From contig CBDDFZ010000001.1 of assembly GCA_965227515.1 (NCBI GenBank), forward strand, positions 2,688,001 to 2,752,000: a stretch of 64,000 bases of DNA, in the 5' to 3' direction. The notes beneath the pieces are model-generated. The model was not told where the DNA came from. It saw only the letters and a program-made list of their open reading frames with translations, and made no database searches. Both the position numbers and the translations under genes were made by a program. The DNA is from Alphaproteobacteria bacterium (GTDB taxonomy: Bacteria > Pseudomonadota > Alphaproteobacteria > CALKHQ01). Positions 39,979 to 49,678 of the stretch are shown here, in pieces; within the stretch, counting starts at the first letter, position 1; every line of letters starts with the position of its first letter.

Positions 39979-40503
39979 ATGATCGGAAGTGCTACCGGTG
40001 CATGCGGCCCCGTCGTCATCGAGACGTTCGCGGTTTTGGCCGTGCTGTTGTTCCTGAAGCACCTGGCCGCCGACGGTCCGCTACAGAGCAAGTACCAACT
40101 CAAGCACAAAGGCACGCTCGGGCATCCCGGCGGCCTGTTGCATGCGGGTATCCACACGGGGCTGACCGCGCTCTGCCTGGTCGGATGGCTGCTGTGGGCG
40201 CCGGTCGGGTTCCAGGCTTCGGATGGCCTGGTGATCGCGGCGATCCTGCTGGCCGAGTTCTCGATCCACTATTTCACCGACTTCACCAAGATCAAGCTCG
40301 ACCGGCATTTCGGGTGGTCCAAGGTGGAGGTCGCGCCCGACGGCACGGCGTCGCTTCGGATCAGTTCGCACGCGTACTTCATCATCTTCCTGGCTGACCA
40401 GACCGTGCATTCGTTGACCTATGTCTGGATCCTGTATGCCGTTGGCACCTGGATGGGCGGCCCCGCCGCGATGCTCAGTGCGTGCCAATGGGCTGCGGCG
40501 TGA
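39979..40503 (+). CDS. DUF3307 family membrane protein
   Basis: KHLAAD..LQ, LLHAGIH, HYFTD..K and DQTVH motifs in a hydrophobic protein. Confidence 0.8.
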   Translation: MIGSATGACGPVVIETFAVLAVLLFLKHLAADGPLQSKYQLKHKGTLGHPGGLLHAGIHTGLTALCLVGWLLWAPVGFQASDGLVIAAILLAEFSIHYFTDFTKIKLDRHFGWSKVEVAPDGTASLRISSHAYFIIFLADQTVHSLTYVWILYAVGTWMGGPAAMLSACQWAAA

Positions 40504-40504
40504 T

Positions 40505-42763
40505 ATGGCGGACGCTGCGACGACCCTGACGCCCGCCGGTGCCGGGGCGGCCGATGGCAATGGCCCGGCCAAGCACCAGTTGTCGTCGTCGCGCGCGTCG
40601 ATCCTGTCCGGTCTCCCTGCGCCATTGCGCCGCCTGTTGCGCGGCCTCGTGTTCAGCAGTCGGATGGCGGCAATTCTGGTTGTCGCCCTGATCGTCACCT
40701 TGCGGGTGGAAGATGTCCGCCCACTGCAATTGCTGCGGCTGGAGGTGGTCGACACCATGCAGCGGCTCTATCCGCGCACGCTCACCTCCGGTGCCATCGC
40801 CATTGTCGATATCGATGAGCCGAGCCTGATCTCCCATGGCCAGTGGCCCTGGTCGCGGGTGGCGATTGCCGACCTTGTTACGCGCCTGCGCGACGCCGGG
40901 GCGCTGGTGATCGGGTTCGATATCCTTTTCGCCGAGCCCGACCGGCTGTCTCCAACCACTTTCGGTGCCAACGCGGGCGACTTGCCCGACGCCATTCGCG
41001 GCATCCTGATGACCATGCCCGATTCCGACCTGGTGATGGCGGAGACCATTGCGCAGGCCCCGGTGGTGCTGGGCCGGGCGATGACCAACGACGCCGCGGT
41101 GGTGGCCCGCACCGGCAGCATGCGCAGCACGCCGGTGGCGGCCTTCGGCGGCGAGCCCCTGCCGTTCCTTTTCAGTTACGCGTCGCTGTTGCCCAATCTG
41201 GCCGCGCTGGAAGACGCCGCGAGCGGACTGGGCACCTTCACCCTCAGTCCCGAGCCCGATGGCGTCGTGCGCCGCGTGCCGGCGGTGATGCGTGTCGGCG
41301 ACACGGTCTATCCGTCGCTGGCGATCGAGATGATGCGGGTGGCGTTGGGGGCGTCCTTCTTCGAGATCCATACCAACCCGCAGGGCGCGGGCATCCAGTC
41401 CATCGGTGTCGGCGACTACGATATTCCGACCGACGGCGCCGGCCGCATCTGGCTGCACAACGCGCCCTACACCCCCTCGCTGTACATTTCCGCCGGCGAT
41501 GTGCTCGACGGCACCGTCGCGCCGGACGCTTTCGACGGCAAGTACGTGCTGATCGGCACGTCGGCCACCGGGCTGCGCGACCTGCGGGTTACGCCGCTGT
41601 CGCAGTCGATTCCCGGCGTGGAACTGCATGCCCATCTGATCGACGCGGTGCTGGCCGGCGACGTGTTGTCCCAGCCGCCCTATGCGCTGGGCGTGGAACT
41701 GGCGGTGACCGTGCTGGGCTGCCTGCTGCTGATTTGGGCGCTGCCCCGCATCGGTGCCGGCCCCAGTCTGGCGATCCTGTTCCTGATGCTCGCCATCGCC
41801 TGGGGCATCAGCATCCTGGCCTTCCTGGAATATGGACACATCATCGACGCCACCCTGGCCACCGTTGCCGCGGCGCTGGTGTTCGGGTTGCTGGCATATG
41901 CCAATTACGCACGCGAGGAACGGCGCCGGCGCGACATCCGCTCGGCTTTCGGCCAGTACCTCTCGCCCGAGCTGGTGCATCAGTTGGAGGCGCATCCCGA
42001 GCGCCTGCGGCTTGGCGGTGAGATGCGCGAGCTGACCTTCCTGTTCACCGACCTGGAGGGCTTCACCAGCCTGGTCGAACGCAGCGCGCCCGACGAGATC
42101 GTCCATGTGCTGAACGACTATTTGGACGGCATGTGCCGCATCGTCATGAACCACGGCGGCACCATCGACAAGATCGTCGGCGACGCGGTGCACGGCATGT
42201 TCGGCGCGCCGGTCGAGATACCCGACCACGCGACCAGCGCGGTGCGCGCGGCGATCGAGATCGACGCCTTCAGCGAACAGTTCCGCCGCGACCTGAAGGC
42301 GCGGGGCGTGGCGCTGGGCGTGACCCGCATCGGTGTGAACACCGGCCGCGTGGTCGTCGGCAATTTCGGCGGCGCGCGGCGGCTGGACTACACCGCCCAT
42401 GGCGACGCCATCAACACCGCCGCCCGGCTGGAGGCCGCCAACAAGATGCTGGGCACGCGCATCTGCGTGTCGCAGAGCACGATGGCGCAGTGCAAGGACA
42501 TCGCGTTCCGGCCGATGGGCGCGCTGCAACTGCGCGGCAAGTCGGTTGCGACCAATGTCTTCGAGCCGTTGATCGACGTGACCGATGGCGCATACCAGGA
42601 ACACTATGCAGCCGCGTTCGCGCTGATGGGGGCCGGCGATCCGCAGGCGCTGCCGGCGCTGGAGCGGTTGGCGGAGACCGCCCCCGACGATCCCCTGGTC
42701 GCGCTGCACTGCCGTCGCCTGCGGGCCGGTGAGGCCGGTGTCCGGATCGGGGCGGCGTCATGA
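40505..42763 (+). CDS. CHASE2-domain class III adenylate cyclase
   Basis: CHASE2 motifs (IVDIDE.SL..GQWPWSR, GFDILFAEPD, DGVVRR, GK.VLIG, PGVELHA), three TM helices, cyclase motifs FTDLEGFT, IDKIVGD and DYTAHGDAINTAARLE (Lys/Thr pair typical of ATP specificity). Confidence 0.92.
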   Translation: MADAATTLTPAGAGAADGNGPAKHQLSSSRASILSGLPAPLRRLLRGLVFSSRMAAILVVALIVTLRVEDVRPLQLLRLEVVDTMQRLYPRTLTSGAIAIVDIDEPSLISHGQWPWSRVAIADLVTRLRDAGALVIGFDILFAEPDRLSPTTFGANAGDLPDAIRGILMTMPDSDLVMAETIAQAPVVLGRAMTNDAAVVARTGSMRSTPVAAFGGEPLPFLFSYASLLPNLAALEDAASGLGTFTLSPEPDGVVRRVPAVMRVGDTVYPSLAIEMMRVALGASFFEIHTNPQGAGIQSIGVGDYDIPTDGAGRIWLHNAPYTPSLYISAGDVLDGTVAPDAFDGKYVLIGTSATGLRDLRVTPLSQSIPGVELHAHLIDAVLAGDVLSQPPYALGVELAVTVLGCLLLIWALPRIGAGPSLAILFLMLAIAWGISILAFLEYGHIIDATLATVAAALVFGLLAYANYAREERRRRDIRSAFGQYLSPELVHQLEAHPERLRLGGEMRELTFLFTDLEGFTSLVERSAPDEIVHVLNDYLDGMCRIVMNHGGTIDKIVGDAVHGMFGAPVEIPDHATSAVRAAIEIDAFSEQFRRDLKARGVALGVTRIGVNTGRVVVGNFGGARRLDYTAHGDAINTAARLEAANKMLGTRICVSQSTMAQCKDIAFRPMGALQLRGKSVATNVFEPLIDVTDGAYQEHYAAAFALMGAGDPQALPALERLAETAPDDPLVALHCRRLRAGEAGVRIGAAS

Positions 42764-44670
42764 CCGAACCGACGACCGCAACAGACGGCGACAAGCCGGC
42801 GGCGGCGACCGCGCATCCGCCCGCGGAGCCGCAAGTGCGCGCCTGGCTGCGCAAGCTGGAGGAGAAGTTCGGCGGTCCGCGCCGCCCGGCATCGACCGGG
42901 GCGGAAGCTGCCGCCGACACGCCATCCACGTCCCAAGACGATACCCAACCTCCGGGCGTGCGCGCGCTGATCATGAGCATGCTCGGCCAGCGCATCGGCA
43001 TGCTGCTGGCGTTGTCGCTGTGCATCAACGTGCTGACGCTGGCGGTGCCGGTGTTCGTGCTCCAGGTCTATGACCGCGTGGTGCAGCACGCCGGCTACGA
43101 GACCCTGGTCGGCCTGTGCGTGATGGTCGTGCTGGCCCTGGTGTTCGACTATGTCTTCCGGCAGGCGCGCGGCCGCATGTTCCAGCTTGTCGCCATGCGG
43201 CTGGACGTGGTGATCAGCCGGCGGCTGTTCGCCAAGCTGACCGCGATGCCGTTGCGCGCGCTGGAACGGATGTCGCAGGCGCAATGGCGGCTGGTGCTGC
43301 GCGATGGCGAGACCGTGCGCGATACGGTCGCCGGCCCGGCGACAAGTCTGCTGCTGGACGTGCCGTTCGTCATCCTGTTCCTGGTCGTCATCTGGACCAT
43401 CGCAAGCCCGGTCGCGTGGGTTCTGCTGGCGATCATGCCGGTGTTCATTGGCCTTGCTGTTGCGTCCCAGGTGCTGATCGACAAGTCGAGCGCCGTCGAG
43501 CAGGAAGCCGCCACCAACCGCGATGCGCTGGTCGACCAGATGGTCAGTGGGCGCACCACGGTGAAGGCGCTCGGCCTCGCCAGCGCGCTTCGCGGGCGAT
43601 GGGAGCAGCTTCAGGCGAGCCTGATGCTGCAGTCGGTGCGTCGCGGCGGCCGGGTCGACACGTTCAGTCATCTGGCGACCCAGATGGCGATGCTGACCAC
43701 CGTGCTGATGACGTCGTTCGGCGCCATCGCCATCATCAACCACGACCTCACCATCGGCGGACTGATCGCCGCCAACATGCTGGCGGCGCGCGTCGTCCAG
43801 CCGCTGACGCGGGCGGTTGGCGTTTGGCGCGGCATCAGCCGGTTCCGACGCTCCGCCGCGCGGGTCGATGCGTTGTTGGCCCAGCCGGACGAAGCGGTGC
43901 AGAGCCACATCGCGCACGCCGCCCCGCGCGGGGCCCTGCGCCTGGAGAACGTGACGTTCCACTACGATGGCGAACAGCGCGCCGTGCTCGATGGCATCAG
44001 TTTGGCCCTGGCACGCGGCATGACAGGCATCGTCGGACGCAACGGCACCGGCAAGACCACCATGCTCAAGGTTTTGCAGGGGCTCTATCGCCCCGACAAC
44101 GGGCGCGTACTGCTCGACGGTGCCGACATGACCCAGTACGGGCGCGACGACCTGGCCCGTTGGATCGGCTATGTGCCGCAGGAACTGTTCTTCATCGACG
44201 GCACCATCCGCGACAACATCGCCAAGGGCCGAGACGACGTCGACGATGCCGCGATCGTGCGCGCGGTGGAAACCGCAGGGGCGCAAGGTTTCATCGCCAA
44301 GCTGCCGGATGGTTTCGGCACCAAGGTCGGCGAGGGGGCGGCGCGTTTTTCCATCGGCGAGCGCCAACTGATGGCGATTGCGCGCGCGCTGGTCGACGAT
44401 CCGCCGGTGCTGCTGCTGGACGAACCGACCGCGCATCTGGACCCGACCGCCGTGGACGTGCTGACACGCCGGCTGGTCGACCTGTCGCGCAAGCGCACCG
44501 TGGTGGTCATCAGCCATGACCGCGCGCTGTTGCAGTGCTGTTCGACACTGGTGGCGATGGACGCGGGCCGTGTCGCCTTCTCCGGCCCGGCGCCTGAGGT
44601 GCTGGCGCGGCTGGCGGGGCAGGCGCGGCCGAAGAACGCCGTCATTCCCGGCAAGCCGGCGGCGGCCTAG
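42760..44670 (+). CDS. Type I secretion ABC transporter (permease plus ATPase, no C39 domain)
   Basis: INVLTLAVPVFVLQVYDRVV, LLDVPF, LTIGGLIAANML, GRNGTGKT, FSIGERQ and LLDEPT; ATGA overlap with the cyclase gene. Confidence 0.92.
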   Translation: MTEPTTATDGDKPAAATAHPPAEPQVRAWLRKLEEKFGGPRRPASTGAEAAADTPSTSQDDTQPPGVRALIMSMLGQRIGMLLALSLCINVLTLAVPVFVLQVYDRVVQHAGYETLVGLCVMVVLALVFDYVFRQARGRMFQLVAMRLDVVISRRLFAKLTAMPLRALERMSQAQWRLVLRDGETVRDTVAGPATSLLLDVPFVILFLVVIWTIASPVAWVLLAIMPVFIGLAVASQVLIDKSSAVEQEAATNRDALVDQMVSGRTTVKALGLASALRGRWEQLQASLMLQSVRRGGRVDTFSHLATQMAMLTTVLMTSFGAIAIINHDLTIGGLIAANMLAARVVQPLTRAVGVWRGISRFRRSAARVDALLAQPDEAVQSHIAHAAPRGALRLENVTFHYDGEQRAVLDGISLALARGMTGIVGRNGTGKTTMLKVLQGLYRPDNGRVLLDGADMTQYGRDDLARWIGYVPQELFFIDGTIRDNIAKGRDDVDDAAIVRAVETAGAQGFIAKLPDGFGTKVGEGAARFSIGERQLMAIARALVDDPPVLLLDEPTAHLDPTAVDVLTRRLVDLSRKRTVVVISHDRALLQCCSTLVAMDAGRVAFSGPAPEVLARLAGQARPKNAVIPGKPAAA

Positions 44671-45966
44671 ATGAGCACCTTGGCCCTCGACCGGATCGAA
44701 AGCAGTTTCCCGCTGCCGAGCTGGCGCACGCTCTGCTGGGTCCTGATGGGGCTGCTGGCGGCGTTCGTGATCTGGGCGTCGCTGGCGACCATGAAGCAGG
44801 TGGCAACGGCACCGGGCACCATCGTGCCTGCCGGGCAGGTGCGGGTGATCCAGCACCTGGAAGGCGGCATCGTGGTCGACATCGCGGTCAGCGACGGCGA
44901 CACCGTGGCGGCCGGCCAGCCGTTGATCCGCCTGGACCTGGGCGGCCGGGGCCTGAGCCGCGAAGAGGCGCAGGCGCGGGTGGACGGGCTGTTGTTGCAG
45001 CGCGCGCGGCTGACCGCCGAGGCGTCCGGGATCGCGCTCAGCCTGCCGGAGGCGCCGGCATCGCGCCAGCCGGACCTGGCCCGCGCGGAGACCGAGGCGT
45101 TCGAGAACCGCCTGCGCCAGATGCGCAGCAATCTGGAGGTGCTGGGCGAGCGCAAGACGCAACGCGCGCTCGACCTGGAGATCATCGACACCCAGCTCGA
45201 TGGCCTGCGCCGCCAGATGGACCTCTCCACCGAGCAGCACAACATCACCTCGCAACTGGCGCGCGACGAGTTGTTTCCGAGGCTGCGGTCGCTGGAGATC
45301 CAGCTTGGGCTGGAGCAGTTGAACACCCAGATCGCCGAGCTTGTGCTGGCCCGGCCGCTCGCCGAAAGCGCGCTGGCCGAGATCACCGAGCTGGAACGCC
45401 AGGAGCTGATCCGCTACCAGACCGCCGCCACCGACGAGCTGCGCGAAGTGGAAGTGGAACTGGCCCGCCAGCAGGAGCTGTTGGGCCGCGCCTCCGACCA
45501 GACCGACCGCACAGCCATCTCCAGCCCCATCGACGGCATCGTCCAGGGCATGCAGGTCAACACGATCGGCGGCATCGTCGAGGCCGGCCAGCCGATCATG
45601 CAGATCGTGCCGGTGGCCGAGAGCATGGTGGTCGAGGCCCGGCTCTCGCCCACCGATATCGGGCAGGTCCACATCGGCCAGGATGCGACGGTGCGTTTCA
45701 CCGCCTATGACTTCCAGGCCTTTGGCGGTCTTGATGGCCAGATCGACTACATCTCCGCCGACCGCAATGTCGACCAGAACGGCGAGGCCTATTACCTGGT
45801 GAAAATCCGCCTGAATTCCCAAGCCCTGGCGGTGGATGGCGCCGGCGTACTGCCGATCCTGCCCGGCATGGAAACCCAGGTGGACATCCACACCGGCGAC
45901 CGCACGGTGCTGGACTACATCCTGCAGCCGGTGCTGAAGCTGCGGGACGACGCCTTTCGCCACTGA
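44671..45966 (+). CDS. HlyD-family type I secretion membrane fusion protein
   Basis: IQHLEGGIV, coiled coil, I.SPIDGIV, NTIGGIV, VEARL...DIG, PGM...VDI.TG.RTVLDY.L.P. Confidence 0.95.
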   Translation: MSTLALDRIESSFPLPSWRTLCWVLMGLLAAFVIWASLATMKQVATAPGTIVPAGQVRVIQHLEGGIVVDIAVSDGDTVAAGQPLIRLDLGGRGLSREEAQARVDGLLLQRARLTAEASGIALSLPEAPASRQPDLARAETEAFENRLRQMRSNLEVLGERKTQRALDLEIIDTQLDGLRRQMDLSTEQHNITSQLARDELFPRLRSLEIQLGLEQLNTQIAELVLARPLAESALAEITELERQELIRYQTAATDELREVEVELARQQELLGRASDQTDRTAISSPIDGIVQGMQVNTIGGIVEAGQPIMQIVPVAESMVVEARLSPTDIGQVHIGQDATVRFTAYDFQAFGGLDGQIDYISADRNVDQNGEAYYLVKIRLNSQALAVDGAGVLPILPGMETQVDIHTGDRTVLDYILQPVLKLRDDAFRH

Positions 45967-46070
45967 ATGGCGATGGCGCGTCGGCGAGCCAGGAAATCGC
46001 ACCGCAAGTTAGCGCTCCTTAAGTATTGGCTGCTAGACAAGCAGGACGGATTGATGACGGCGGCACAGGT

Positions 46071-47330
46071 ATGGCCCTCGAGGAAAATTACGGCAGGTCT
46101 TTCAGGAACGGTGAGATCGTCTTCCGCGAGGGAAGCGTAGGCAGTTGCGCCTACCTGATCGAGTCGGGCGCGATCGAGATCTCCATCCAGCAAGACGGGC
46201 AGACCGTGGTGCTGGCCACCCGCAAGGCCGGCGACATCTTTGGCGAGATGGCGATGGTGGACAACCAGCCGCGCTCGGCGACGGCGCGGGCCGTCGGCAG
46301 GGTGCAGCTGCTGGTGCTGTCCCAGGAACATCTCAGCCACCGCCTGGAAAACTGCGATCCGGTGATACGCCTGGTGCTGGGCACGATCCTGCAGCGGTTC
46401 CGCGAAACGCTGGACAGCCTGCAGTACGCCGTGTCGGATGCGGGCGTTCCGATGGCCGACAACCCCACCCACGCCTCCCGCCGCCGCGACAGTGGCTTGC
46501 GCATGTTCCTGGGCAAGGAGGATGCGCTCGATCGGCTGAAGCTTGAGCAGGAGGTCGCCGCCGGCCTCAAACGCCGCGAGTTGGTTCTGCACTTCCAGCC
46601 CATCGTCGACCTGAACAATGGGGCTATCCATGCGGTCGAGGGCCTGGTGCGCTGGGAGCATCCGACCAAGGGCTTGCTGATGCCGGGCGCATTCCTGGGC
46701 GTCGTGGACGCCGGCGCCATCGTCCGCAACTTCGGCACCTACATCGTCGATGCGGCGTGCGACGCCGCCGTGTTGATGGGCGAGCACTGCACCGCCGGCA
46801 ACGGCATGGCGCAACCGAAGATCCACATCAACATTTCGCCCAAGCACCTGTTGCAGCCGGACTTCGTCGACGCGGTCTGCGAGGCGGCGGCGGCCCATGG
46901 GGTGGCCCCCGGCGAACTGGTGCTGGAGGTGACCGAGGACCTGCTGATCGACCGCCCCGACGAGGCGCTACAGGCGCTGAGCGCCTGCACCAACCGGGGC
47001 TTCGAGGTTTCGCTGGACGATTTCGGCACCGGCTATTCCAGCCTGTCGTACCTGCGGCAGTTCCCGCTGGCGGAGATCAAGATCGACCGCAGTTTCGTTA
47101 GCCAGATGTTCTCCGACGAGCGCAGCATGAAGATCCTGGAGACGCTGTGCGATCTGGCCAACACCTTGAAGCTGCGCCTGGTGGCGGAGGGGATCGAGGA
47201 CGCGCAGCAGGCCGAGGTTCTGCGCTCCCTGGGCTGCCGCTACGGACAGGGGTATCATTTCGCCCGGCCGCTGCCGCTGGACGATGTGCTCGCCCTGCTG
47301 GATCGCGGGTCGGTCGCCTTGGCGAGCTGA
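46071..47330 (+). CDS. cNMP-binding plus EAL c-di-GMP phosphodiesterase (copy 1)
   Basis: FREG...YLIESG, FGEMAMVD..PRSA; QPIV, EGLVRW, EVTE, DDFGTGYSSL, KIDRSF, AEGIE and QGY.FARP; no GGDEF domain. Confidence 0.92.
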   Translation: MALEENYGRSFRNGEIVFREGSVGSCAYLIESGAIEISIQQDGQTVVLATRKAGDIFGEMAMVDNQPRSATARAVGRVQLLVLSQEHLSHRLENCDPVIRLVLGTILQRFRETLDSLQYAVSDAGVPMADNPTHASRRRDSGLRMFLGKEDALDRLKLEQEVAAGLKRRELVLHFQPIVDLNNGAIHAVEGLVRWEHPTKGLLMPGAFLGVVDAGAIVRNFGTYIVDAACDAAVLMGEHCTAGNGMAQPKIHINISPKHLLQPDFVDAVCEAAAAHGVAPGELVLEVTEDLLIDRPDEALQALSACTNRGFEVSLDDFGTGYSSLSYLRQFPLAEIKIDRSFVSQMFSDERSMKILETLCDLANTLKLRLVAEGIEDAQQAEVLRSLGCRYGQGYHFARPLPLDDVLALLDRGSVALAS

Positions 47331-47484
47331 CCGGTTTCGTCGATTTGGCGTGCAGACCAGTCCGGTCTAACTTGACTAAAATCCACACATATTCACCGAC
47401 CGGTGATGTTCGCCGGTGATCAAACATTAATGCCGTTGTCCTAAAGTCGTCGCTGAATATGGGCGGTAGCTGAGCATAGGGGCA

Positions 47485-48714
47485 ATGGATTCGCACCGCG
47501 TCAAATACGATCCTGGCGATGTGATCTTCACGGAAGGCAGCATCGGTGACTGTGCTTACATTGTGGAGCACGGCACGGTTGTTGTTTCGGTCGTGCGCGA
47601 AGGCGCGCCGTCGATCCTGGCGCATCTGAGCGTTGGCGACATCCTGGGCGAGATGGCCATTGTCGACAATCGGCCGCGCTCCGCATCCGCCCATGCGCTG
47701 GGCCACGTCGAACTGACCGTCCTGTCGCAGGAACACCTGACCCATCGCCTGGAAGGCTGCGATCCGGTGGTCCGGCTGATGCTGGACTCCATCCTGCGCC
47801 GCTATCGCGAGACCTTGCGCATGGCCAATGGCGTCACCGCCTTGGACGCCGAGGACGCGCCTGACCAAGCGCGCGTCGGCGACGGTGGGCCGTCGGCAAA
47901 CCTGTCCGACGCGATCACCCAGATCAAGCTGGAGCACGAGTTGCGCCACGCCCTGGCGCGCGACGAGTTGGAGCTTCACTACCAGCCCATTGTCGACCTG
48001 AACGACCAGTCCATCGATTCGTTCGAGGGTTTGGTGCGTTGGCACCACCCCGAGCGGGGCTTGCTGATGCCGGGCGCCTTCATCGACGCCGCCGAGCTGG
48101 GGACGCTGGTGTCGGTCTTCGGGCTGCATGTCGCCACACTGGCCAGCGCCGGAGCGCGCGCCATCGCCGGCCAGTGCGCTGCCCACGGCCGGGCGGCGCC
48201 GAAAGTGCACCTCAATGTGTCGCCCCGCCACCTGGCCGTGCCCTCGTTCCTGGAGGACATCGGCAGGTGCGTGGCCGAGGCCGGACGCCAGCCGCAGGAC
48301 ATGGTGCTGGAAGTGACCGAGAACCTGCTGATCGAATCGCCGGAACAGGCGCTAGCCGTGCTGTCGGCCGCCGTCGACCGCGGCTTCGAGATCTCGCTGG
48401 ACGACTTCGGCACCGGCTATTCCAGCCTGTCCTATCTGCGCCAGTTCCCGCTGGCGGAGATCAAGATCGATCGTTCGTTCGTGGCGCAGATGTTCTCCGA
48501 CGAGCGCAGCCTGAAGATTGTCGAGAAGCTGTGCGACCTCTCCATGAGCCTGGGCGTGCGCCTGGTCGCGGAGGGCATCGAGGATGAGCGCCAGGCCGAG
48601 GTGCTGCGCAGCATGGGCTGCGGCTATGGACAGGGCTTCCACCTGGCGCGGCCGATGCCGCTGGACGACGCGCTGGGCCTGCTCGGCGCCGGGCCGCTCG
48701 CGCTGGCTGGATAG
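47485..48714 (+). CDS. cNMP-binding plus EAL c-di-GMP phosphodiesterase (copy 2)
   Basis: Colinear paralogue of 46071-47330 with the same intact motifs (LGEMAIVD..PRSA, EGLVRW, DDFGTGYSSL, AEGIE). Confidence 0.92.
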   Translation: MDSHRVKYDPGDVIFTEGSIGDCAYIVEHGTVVVSVVREGAPSILAHLSVGDILGEMAIVDNRPRSASAHALGHVELTVLSQEHLTHRLEGCDPVVRLMLDSILRRYRETLRMANGVTALDAEDAPDQARVGDGGPSANLSDAITQIKLEHELRHALARDELELHYQPIVDLNDQSIDSFEGLVRWHHPERGLLMPGAFIDAAELGTLVSVFGLHVATLASAGARAIAGQCAAHGRAAPKVHLNVSPRHLAVPSFLEDIGRCVAEAGRQPQDMVLEVTENLLIESPEQALAVLSAAVDRGFEISLDDFGTGYSSLSYLRQFPLAEIKIDRSFVAQMFSDERSLKIVEKLCDLSMSLGVRLVAEGIEDERQAEVLRSMGCGYGQGFHLARPMPLDDALGLLGAGPLALAG

Positions 48715-48734
48715 AAGGCGCCTCAGTCAGCCCG

Positions 48735-49574
48735 CTAGCTACTGACCCGCTTCAGCTTCGCCGGCGCTTCCGCCGTTTCCATGAACGCCGATGTGTCTTC
48801 CGCGTTGGCGAACTTAAGGCCGGCCTCGGCGATGGACGCGTCGGGCACCTTGTGCAGCGGCGTGTAGAACGGGTGGTGGTGCTCCAGGTACGGGTTGTTG
48901 CGCGCCGCGTTGTAGCAGAAGATCAGCGTCCAGCGGCGGTTCGGCGACCGGTTCTGGTCCGACCGGTGCAGCGTGTTGCAGTGGAAGAACAGCGCGTCGC
49001 CGGGGTCCATCTCGCAATAGACCAGCTCAAGCTGCTTCATCGCCTGCTCGACCCGCTCGTGGTCGGCGCCGACCTGCTCGCCGTCCAGCAGGCCGTGGTC
49101 GATCCGCCCCATCCGGTTTGAGCCGCGCAGCACTTGCAGGCATCCGTTCTCGCGCGTGCAAGGGTCCAGCGCCACCATTGCCGAGGCCATCAGCGGGAAC
49201 AGGCAGCCATTGTTGTACCAGTAGCCGTAGTCCTGGTGCCATTCCCAGGCCCCGCCCTCGAACGCCGCCTTGGCGGTCAGCTTGGAGTGGTAGTGGTAGA
49301 CCTCGCCGCCGAGCAGGTCCTCCATGGTGTCGACCATCTTCTCCGAGCGCGCGGCGATGCCATAGACGCTGTCGCCGGGGTGGTTCCACAGCGCCATCTT
49401 GGTCGACATGTTGGCGGTGTCGAAGCGGTCGTAGAAATGGCCGCGGATCGCCGGGTCCTGCTCGATCGCCTGGCGCAGCAGCGCGCTCTCCCGCGGGTCG
49501 AAGAACTGGCGGACCATGACATAGCCGTCCTGGTCGAAGGCTGCGCGTTGGTCGGCGTTCAGCACGCTCGGCAT
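48735..49574 (-). CDS. Phytanoyl-CoA dioxygenase (PhyH) family Fe(II)/2-oxoglutarate dioxygenase
   Basis: YHYHSKL, WEWHQDYGYW (HxD), NGCLQV..GS, GDALFFH..TLHRS.N.S..RR. Confidence 0.88.
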   Translation of the reverse strand: MPSVLNADQRAAFDQDGYVMVRQFFDPRESALLRQAIEQDPAIRGHFYDRFDTANMSTKMALWNHPGDSVYGIAARSEKMVDTMEDLLGGEVYHYHSKLTAKAAFEGGAWEWHQDYGYWYNNGCLFPLMASAMVALDPCTRENGCLQVLRGSNRMGRIDHGLLDGEQVGADHERVEQAMKQLELVYCEMDPGDALFFHCNTLHRSDQNRSPNRRWTLIFCYNAARNNPYLEHHHPFYTPLHKVPDASIAEAGLKFANAEDTSAFMETAEAPAKLKRVSS

Positions 49575-49678
49575 GGCGTTTCCCCGTTTTCTTGGTATGC
49601 CGCCATGGGGCCACCGATATAGCGAAAGATCAAGGACCACCACATGATCCGCCGATGAGCCGGCGACGTAATCAGTGC

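Noticed and set aside
42604-46002. 1132-aa minus-strand ORF
   Set aside because: Antisense to the clear T1SS ABC and HlyD genes.
40505-48714. Pycsar/CBASS-like defence reading of the cyclase plus cNMP-domain genes
   Set aside because: The cyclase is a membrane CHASE2 sensor type, the effectors are EAL domains rather than TIR/TM killers, and codon usage is host-like.
48735-49574. ectD (ectoine hydroxylase) call
   Set aside because: The signature is WEWHQD, not the EctD FxWHSDFETWH, and there are no ect genes nearby.
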